From: Candidatus Electronema aureum
GTDB lineage: Bacteria; Desulfobacterota; Desulfobulbia; Desulfobulbales; Desulfobulbaceae
Assembly (NCBI GenBank): GCA_004284765.1
Contig: NQJD01000019.1
Location: forward strand, 15,724-47,723
Reading direction: 5' to 3'
DNA: 32,000 nt
Numbering within the stretch: position 1 is the stretch's first letter; every line of letters begins with the position of its first letter. Below are positions 26,430 through 32,000 of the stretch, one piece after another. Below the pieces are notes generated by a model, which searched no databases, was not told where the DNA came from, and worked only from the letters and a program-made list of their open reading frames with translations. The translations under genes and the position numbers were made by a program.

Positions 26430-26512
26430 GAAATCTCCTCTCTTCCGGTTTGCAAGGATTCTGAAGATACAGGCGGATTCGCTCTCGCCAGCACCTTCCT
26501 TGTCGCCGGAAG

Positions 26513-26539
26513 ATTCTCATGAAAGTCGAGAGCTGTCAA
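26513..26539 (-). promoter_or_regulatory. Weak candidate promoter for the SBP-OmpA/vWA operon
   Basis: The minus strand has a perfect TTGACA (plus 26534-26539) preceded by AT-rich ttttataaaaga. The -10 is poor: GAGAAT at 15-nt spacing or GAATCT at 17. Confidence 0.3.
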
Positions 26540-26708
26540 GTCTTTTATAAAAATGGGCAGCGCGATCAATTTGAGTAAGTAAGCCTGTTTCGCTGAAGCC
26601 TTGAAAAACATGCTTGCGCAACGCCCGCAAATATGGTTCTGATACGGGTGCGGCGCAGCGGTGTTCCGCTGCCCTCTGTCACCCAACTCACATTTGCGAG
26701 GTTTGATT

Positions 26709-27236
26709 ATGGAAGAAACAAGTTGGATTGCTGAACTGTTTGCCAATCTCTTTGTGCGCGGACTGTTGGTTGGTCTGATTGTCGCTTTGGCTTTCTGGGT
26801 TCGCTCAATCATCAAGGTGCGGGTGCTGCACGCCGATCTGCGCAAGCTGCGCGAGCATCTTCAGACTAAGTTTGAGATTGAATCAGCAGAGAACGAGCGG
26901 CGCAAGGAGGAGATGAATCAACTCCGGCAAGAGCGCGATAACCTCCGCAACATGATTCAGGTCTTGAACCAAAAGCCGAACAAGCAGGAACTTCGTCAGG
27001 CCCAAGTCTATCAGAAGGCAGCGGAGATCATGTTTGAGAAATCGCCCGGCTTTGCCCCGGTCTGGCAGATCACCCTGCGTGAGGCTGAGGAAGAGATGCG
27101 CAATGCAGAGAAAGGCATTATCCCCTTCTTTAAGCGGATTACTTCCAGCACTCCAGTTGCCACGCACTCTTCTGAGCAGAAAATGCAGTCACACGGCAAG
27201 CATCGTCTTGAGTTAGACGACCCGGCCAATCTCTAA
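26709..27236 (+). CDS. Single-pass membrane protein with cytoplasmic coiled coil (hypothetical)
   Basis: The ATG at 26709 is preceded by GAGG. The TM helix is LFVRGLLVGLIVALAFWV. A heptad-rich segment follows (LRKLREHLQTKFEIESAENERRKEEMNQLRQERDNLRNMIQVL). No family was recognised. Confidence 0.6.
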   Translation: MEETSWIAELFANLFVRGLLVGLIVALAFWVRSIIKVRVLHADLRKLREHLQTKFEIESAENERRKEEMNQLRQERDNLRNMIQVLNQKPNKQELRQAQVYQKAAEIMFEKSPGFAPVWQITLREAEEEMRNAEKGIIPFFKRITSSTPVATHSSEQKMQSHGKHRLELDDPANL

Positions 27237-27250
27237 GGAGTAGCGACATC

Positions 27251-28039
27251 TTGTCTGAACAACTGGTGGCGACACTGCCCGGCAGCGGTCTGATTTTGGT
27301 GCGGCCCAAGTACCCAGAGAACATCGGCGCAGCAGCTCGCATTGCCTGTAACTTTGGCATTGAACACCTGACCGTGGTGGCTGACGAGCGGCCCGATCAG
27401 GAGCGAATGCTGAAGATGGCCACCCACAAGGCAGCCCATCTGATTGAGAACCTTCAGCTTACCGCTGACAGCCGTACTGCTGCTGCGCCCTATCATTTCC
27501 TTGTTGCTACCACCGCCCGCCAAGGCAAATATCGGACTGTGGAGGACAAGCCACCGCGTGAGGTGATGAGCCAACTCGTGCCGCTGCTTACCGCAGGCAA
27601 TCGGGTGGCCTTGATGTTTGGCCCCGAAAGCAGCGGGTTGTCCAACGAAGACCTTGATCTCTGCCAGTTCACCTCTACCATCGCCACAGCGGATTTCTCC
27701 TCACTCAATCTGGCTCAAGCTGTAGCCATTTGCTGCTACGAGTTATTCATGGCCGCAGGTAACCCTGTCCCCACGACGAGCAGCAGTGGCTATGCTAATT
27801 CCCATGAGTTAGAGGGCATGTACGAGCATATCGAGCAAGCCCTGACCAGGATCAGCTTTATCCACGACACCAGCCGCAGCTACTGGATGCGCAACATCCG
27901 CCAGTTCCTTAGTCGTACTCGCATCAAGAAGAAGGAAGCCAGCTTGATTAGGGGCGTATGCCGGAAGTTTCTCTGGCACAGTGGCGGCCAAGGCTGGGCA
28001 CCACCTGAGCAGGCTACCACAGACACTGAATCCCCATGA
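27251..28039 (+). CDS. trmJ: SpoU/TrmH-class RNA 2'-O-methyltransferase, TrmJ-like
   Basis: The start is TTG. Motifs are ILVRPKYPENIGAAARIACNFGIEHLTVV, LMFGPESSGLSNEDL and SLNLAQAVAICCYE. Confidence 0.78.
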   Translation: MSEQLVATLPGSGLILVRPKYPENIGAAARIACNFGIEHLTVVADERPDQERMLKMATHKAAHLIENLQLTADSRTAAAPYHFLVATTARQGKYRTVEDKPPREVMSQLVPLLTAGNRVALMFGPESSGLSNEDLDLCQFTSTIATADFSSLNLAQAVAICCYELFMAAGNPVPTTSSSGYANSHELEGMYEHIEQALTRISFIHDTSRSYWMRNIRQFLSRTRIKKKEASLIRGVCRKFLWHSGGQGWAPPEQATTDTESP

Positions 28040-28806
28040 TCACCCTGGCTCGCTTCTTGACTCCCTTTCTTATGCCACTGCCACTGGGCCTGCTTTTTAT
28101 CCTGCTCGGCCTGACCTTTATCCTGCTCAAGCTACGGAGACTGGCTATTATAGCTCTCCTGGCTAGCCTTGGCATCTTTTGCGTCTTTGGCTACGGCCTG
28201 CCTGCCCGCAGTCGGCTCTATGCGCTGGAGCGGCAGTATCCACCCCTGCATATCGAGCAGCTTCCTGAACAGCAGCGGCAGCAGATCAAGTTTGTGGTGG
28301 TGCTGGGGAATACGCATGTCAGCGATCCCGGCGTACCAGAAACCGGCCAGCTGAGTACGGCCTCGCTGTACCGCCTCTTTGAGGGTATTCGCCTGCACCG
28401 GGAGCTGCCAGAGTCTTGGCTAGTAGTCAGCGGCGGGGTAAATCAGGAAGACCCACTGGCAAATGCGGTGGTAGTGGGGCGGACAGCGCGGCAGCTTGGT
28501 GTGGATGGTGGCAGGCTGGTGATTGAAGACCGGCCCCGTGATACGGTCGAAGAGGCGCAGCTCCTCAAGCCTTTGCTCAAGGATGCGCCGTTTGTCCTTG
28601 TCACCTCAGCGGCGCACATGGGCCGGGCAATGAAGGTCTTTCAGGATGCGGGACTGAAGCCGCTGGCTGCACCAACCGATTTCACCCTGAAAGAGAAACA
28701 GCAGCTCTCTTCCAGCAGTCTGCTGCCCTCCAGCTTCAATCTGGAGCTATCCGAGCAGGTACTGTATGAATGGCTGGGCAGTCTGTGGAGCTGGATTGCG
28801 GAATAA
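28036..28806 (+). CDS. DUF218 (ElyC/YdcF/SanA-like) membrane protein
   Basis: The start overlaps the trmJ-like stop (ATGA). Two N-terminal TM helices are present. DUF218 motifs are FVVVLGN, WLVVSGG, EDRPRDTVEEA and VLVTSAAHMGRA. Confidence 0.75.
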   Translation: MITLARFLTPFLMPLPLGLLFILLGLTFILLKLRRLAIIALLASLGIFCVFGYGLPARSRLYALERQYPPLHIEQLPEQQRQQIKFVVVLGNTHVSDPGVPETGQLSTASLYRLFEGIRLHRELPESWLVVSGGVNQEDPLANAVVVGRTARQLGVDGGRLVIEDRPRDTVEEAQLLKPLLKDAPFVLVTSAAHMGRAMKVFQDAGLKPLAAPTDFTLKEKQQLSSSSLLPSSFNLELSEQVLYEWLGSLWSWIAE

Positions 28807-28882
28807 ACAGTCTGACGATGGACAATCCCCGGCTCTTCTGCACCTTGGGCATATGGGTTAGCCGCCGCCCTGCAATAAAAAA

Positions 28883-28920
28883 GGGGAGAACAGAGTAATC
28901 TGCTCTCCCCTTGATTTGCT
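28883..28920. terminator. Bidirectional-looking terminator hairpin downstream of the ElyC-like gene
   Basis: ggggagaacag-agtaat-ctgctctcccc forms 11 bp with one mismatch. It is flanked by aataaaaaa upstream and ttgatttgct downstream. Confidence 0.55.
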
Positions 28921-29000
28921 ATGATGAGGAACTGTTACGCAGATTGGGAACGCTTTCAGAAAAGAAGGTTCGTTCCTGCTTTGCTCATTGAGGACAGCCT

Positions 29001-29142
29001 TTAGCTTTTCATCTTCTCAATCTCCGCCTCGGTCAGGCCGGAAGAAGCGGTGATGCGGATGGACTGCTGCCAGATCAAAGCGGCCAAGGCCAATAGTCTT
29101 GTTGGTCGTCGCCATCTCCCGCTCACCCTGAAGCACGTGGAT
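29001..29142 (-). pseudogene. dnaK: dnaK (Hsp70) gene remnant with internal deletion and frameshift
   Basis: The minus-strand translation gives IHVLQGEREMATTNKTIGLGRFDL. In the +1 frame it then gives QQSIRITASSGLTEAEIEKMKS*. Both are signature stretches of the DnaK substrate-binding domain. The ~36 aa that normally separate them are missing, and no N- or C-terminal remainder is present. Confidence 0.65.
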
Positions 29143-29188
29143 GGGACACGGCAGGGCTGTCAGCGGCAGTGGAGAAAAGAACGTATGC

Positions 29189-30960
29189 TCATCCTGTTAT
29201 GAGTACCCCCTTTTGCCTCTTTTTTCGCTGCTTGATCAGCTGTCTGATCCATTCGGTGATGTCTGATGCAACCAAGGTCTGCGGAATTGGCAGTCGGTCA
29301 GGCCACGACATGTCAAAACGTGATGTTGCTTTTCCGCTTGTCAAAGCAAGCTCCGTTCCATAATAACATAACGCCGGTTCTTCGCCAAGCAGCAGGAGTT
29401 CCAGAGCTGATTTATATTTTTCTAGGTTCTTTACACGGGTTAAGAATCTGTCGGTATCGTGTGTGTCAATAAACGTTAGGGTGGCTTGCTCAATGTCCGG
29501 CCCAAGGCGATGACGTAACAGCTGATCCTCAAGCCGAAACCCATCGCCAATATCTGTTTCATTCATGAAAGATAGGAGTTACGCAGTTCCATTGCCAACT
29601 AGTTGATTAATGATTTGTACGGCAAAAAGATAACTTGCCGTAATAGCTGAACTTCTCTTTCCAACTGCGTAAGTCCTAAGATTTAACTATCAGTTCATAT
29701 CGAGTGTAATCAGTCGCGCAATGCACTCCTAATTGCTCAACTGCCCAAGCAGGCGATTCAAAGACGCATTCTGCAATGAGTGCCACATCAGGATTCACTT
29801 TGCGGGCGCACACTCCAAGAGATTTCCAAGTATCTGGCGGAGCAAACTCCACTGCATCGAAGCGCAGCCCGTCAACACCGAGCCGCATCCATGACTCAAC
29901 AAGCCGCTCGAAAAAGCTGAGAACTGGTGCCGCAGCCAGATTAAGCAGGGGAAGGTCGGGATGAGCCGGGTAAAAACGATACGAGTCTGGATCGCTGACT
30001 GAGAAAGGAAAGTGGTTTACAAAAAACCATTCACGGTACTTGGATTGAGCTTGATTTTGAAGCAGATCTTGAAATGCATGATTCGTGCAGCAGTGGCAAT
30101 GGGTAAATGCCGCATCAAGGATGAGCCGCAACCCGTGCATGTGGCAGGCATTGAGCAAAGCAGCGAGGGTTTTTTCGCCGCCAAGCCTTGGATCAACCGT
30201 CTCGAAACAGACGGCATCGTAACGGTGCGGTGATTCTGCCGTGTGAATTGGCGTGAGAACAATAGCATCAACGCCAAGGTCAGCGATCCAAGACAGTGCC
30301 TCCTCTACTCCGTAAAGATCCCCTCCGTAAATCGTATCTGGTGTGGATGGCGCATCGCGGGGCGTAGCTCGGTGATAGGGAGGGGAATGCGCACCCCGCC
30401 ACCAGCGGTCAACGAAGATCGAGTAAATAACAGCACCCATAAGCCACGAAGGCCGATACTCCTCTGTTGGCGCGGGCAACTGCCACCTGCCGGTCAGCTT
30501 GAGCACACCATCTGGGTTGAGCACGTCGTTGAGCTTGAGGCGGGTGTCTTCGGCAGCAGCGATCATCGGCTGCTTCTGCTCAGGCGCGAGCCGTTCGAGC
30601 TTGGCCACATGGCGGATTTCGCGCATGAAGGAAGCCGAAGGGTGGACTTTGACCTGAATCAGGTCGTCGCGGTTCGGCAGCGGGTCGTCGGGCGCGGCCA
30701 ATTTGCCCTGAAAAGAGATGCGGTAGCTGAAGGCATCCTCCAGCGTCACCTGGTCGCCGTTGATCAGCCGCCGCTGAATGATCCTGCGGCTCTGCCCGCA
30801 TGACCGCCTCAACCAGCTCCTCGTTCCAATTCGGGTTTTCCGCTGCAACCTCGGCGGCTATCTCAGGATAGCCGGCAATGTTTCTCGGCACAAAGAGGAT
30901 TTTGTAGGACGGGGGAACGGTGAGGGCGTTGACGGCGGGCCGCCATTGAATCGTGTTCAT
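29189..30960 (-). pseudogene. Disrupted GH13 alpha-amylase-family glycosidase gene with an HU-like/DUF4469-like N-terminal extension
   Basis: GH13 regions are split over two ORFs. These are FVDRWW, GGDLYGVEEALSWIADLGVDAIVLTPIH, region I LILDAAFTHCH, region II GVDGLRFDAVEF and region III ALIAECVF (ORF 29676-30848). Region IV FIDTHDTDRF and LCYYGTELAL are in ORF 29189-29566. A 1-nt frameshift near 30790 separates the true N-terminus (MNTIQWRPAVNALT..., ORF from 30960) from the rest. The C-terminal beta domain is absent. Confidence 0.8.
29575..29676. repeat. 102-bp inverted-repeat-bounded (MITE-like) insert splitting the GH13 gene
   Basis: The termini are ggagTTACGCAGTTcc (29575-29590) and ccAACTGCGTAAgtcc (29661-29676), with a perfect 10-nt core and a 13/16 match. 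The AT-rich interior holds the palindrome caactagttg (29596-29605) and the hairpin tacggcaa/ttgccgta (29618-29642). It lies exactly between the two GH13 ORF fragments. Confidence 0.45.
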
Positions 30961-31035
30961 GGCTGTTCTCCTTTGCGGAAGGAAAGAGGGCTGCGGACAA
31001 GAAGTTGACTGCGTATTAGCTCAACAATGACGGAA

Positions 31036-31064
31036 AGCATAGCATTCATGTTTTCTCATGTCAA
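31036..31064 (-). promoter_or_regulatory. Apparently intact sigma-70 promoter upstream of the GH13 pseudogene
   Basis: The minus strand has TTGACA (plus 31059-31064), a 17-nt spacer and TATGCT (plus 31036-31041). An AAAGGAG RBS precedes the ATG at 30960. Confidence 0.5.
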
Positions 31065-31291
31065 GAAAAATCAGCACAGCTCTTGAATGTGCGCTGAGAA
31101 GACGCACGATATGCGGGAATATCTCTTGTAAAGAGAATGGGAATTCTTCTCATGTAAGAAACGATGCAAATACGTCGGCACGTGCGGCCTCGTTCAAGAG
31201 GGCTGCTGGCGGCTGGTGCAATTTCTTGCTCGACAAATTTTACAAACGTCGAGCGACTTTTTGCGGGCGCGACGAGCGAGGGGAGTTGGAG

Positions 31292-31327
31292 GCAAAAGGG
31301 AGGGCAGTTTTCTGCCCTCCCTTTTGC
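31292..31327. terminator. Strong orphan terminator hairpin
   Basis: A perfect 16-bp stem gcaaaagggagggcag / ctgccctcccttttgc encloses the loop tttt. T-runs are available on both strands. Confidence 0.6.
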
Positions 31328-31440
31328 TTCATTTCAGCAGCCGGAGAAACCCTGCCTGATCAAAGTGATGATCCGTGGTAAAAGCCTGAGCGATGCGGCG
31401 TTCCTACATCACCGCAAGGCTGGAACAGTCCACTATAGTA

Positions 31441-32000
31441 TTTAAGTTTTAAATCAGTTGTGTTGTAATTTACAACCTGAGAGGTTATTTTTTATTTAAC
31501 TAATTAAAATTAAAGTGTTACGTGGAATGGCTAAAGCATACAGCAATGACTTGAGAGAAAGGGTGATCAAGAATTATGAATCAGGGATATCCAAAAAAGA
31601 AATTCTTGATATTTTTATTATAAGTTTGGATACCCTGAACAGATGGATAAGAAAATACAAAGAGACAGGAAGTATTGAGCCTTATAAAAGGACAAAATAT
31701 CGTACGAAAAAATTCAGCGACGAGGCTCTTCTTGAGCATGTTCTGAAAAATCCTTCAGCGACTCTTGAGGAAAGAGCGATGTTCTTTTCTGTCAAGCATC
31801 AGTCTGTTTATACAAGAATGAAGGCTCTTTGGATAACGCGTAAAAAAAGATTTTTCTCTATGAAGAAAGAGATGAGGAGAAAAGAAATGAGTTCTCCTCT
31901 GAGATAGAGGCCGAGAAAGAAAATAATATTGTTTATATTGATGAATCAGGCATAAAAAACACATTGAGAAATGAATACGCTTGGTCTCCTCGCGGAAAAT
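31441..32000 (+). mobile_element. Left part of an IS630-family insertion sequence (continues beyond the window)
   Basis: Composition changes abruptly to AT-rich at about 31441, and the transposase is IS630-like. A near-palindrome gttgtaa-t-ttacaac lies near the end. The exact terminal inverted repeat cannot be set without the right end. Confidence 0.78.
31527..32000 (+). CDS. IS630-family transposase (3'-truncated by the window; needs a -1 shift at an A7 run)
   Basis: The sequence begins MAKAYSNDLRERVIKNYESGISKKE...LNRWIRKYKETGSIEP (HTH region). The frame-0 ORF stops at 31907. Shifting -1 at aaaaaaa (31842-31848) gives KKKIFLYEERDEEKRNEFSSEIEAEKENNIVYIDESGIKNTLRNEYAWSPRGK, the canonical start of the DDE domain. 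Confidence 0.8.

Noticed and set aside
26430-26708. Search for a sigma-54 (TGGCAC-N5-TTGC) promoter in front of the envelope cluster
   Set aside because: Only loose GG/GC pairs with wrong spacing were found (for example tggttctgatacgggtgc), so no call is made.
26426-26845. 139-aa minus-strand ORF across the divergent intergenic region
   Set aside because: It overlaps the better-supported plus-strand membrane-protein start, spans promoter-like sequence, and has no RBS or domain.
28960-28990. GGTTCGTTCC stretch resembling a tRNA T-loop
   Set aside because: There is no complementary T-stem, acceptor stem or anticodon arm around it, so it is not a tRNA.
31058-31445. Two overlapping plus-strand ORFs (107 and 93 aa)
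   Set aside because: They run straight through a perfect 16-bp terminator hairpin and a minus-strand promoter. They have no RBS and a Cys/Arg-rich sequence, so the region is better explained as non-coding.
1-32000. CRISPR arrays, rRNA or tRNA genes, integrase-flanked islands
   Set aside because: No regularly spaced direct repeats of 25-40 bp, no rRNA- or tRNA-like conserved stretches and no tyrosine or serine recombinase ORF were seen on either strand.

Overview
This looks like a chromosomal segment from a sulfur-cycling, Desulfobacterota-type bacterium. The lineage guess rests on a free-standing dsrC with the diagnostic C-terminal arm CKMAGLPKPTGCV and is inference only. No rRNA, tRNA or CRISPR array was recognised. 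Left part (1-14.4 kb): a 5'-truncated hybrid histidine kinase is followed by a tight trio of signal-peptide proteins. Two of the three are tandem paralogs, and one ends in a YEATS-like (pYEATS) domain. Housekeeping-type genes follow: purine nucleoside phosphorylase, a CPA2 antiporter with RCK domains, a YkgJ-type Cys-cluster protein, a 1388-aa SNF2 helicase, ppiD and dsrC. Middle part (14.5-26.4 kb): this is the most interesting region, a 12-kb minus-strand cluster. It combines two periplasmic-binding-protein (SBP)/OmpA_C fusions, a vWA lipoprotein, a TelA-like protein with a 2-TM coiled-coil (XpaC-like) partner, and a NitT/TauT-type ABC importer with an embedded DoxX gene. Two mobile-looking inserts interrupt it: a low-GC AIPR abortive-infection-like gene and an opposite-strand BrnT/BrnA toxin-antitoxin pair. 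The XpaC-like/TelA-like spacer holds three GGTACC-centred palindromic sites spaced exactly 23 bp apart. Right part (26.7-32 kb): a membrane coiled-coil protein, a TrmJ-like methyltransferase and an ElyC/YdcF-like protein are followed by a decay zone. The decay zone holds a dnaK remnant with an internal deletion and a frameshifted, interrupted and truncated GH13 glycosidase gene. It also holds a 102-bp inverted-repeat (MITE-like) insert, an orphan terminator, and the AT-rich left end of an IS630-family element whose transposase needs a -1 shift at an A7 run. All domain calls come from motif recognition by eye; no database search was run.
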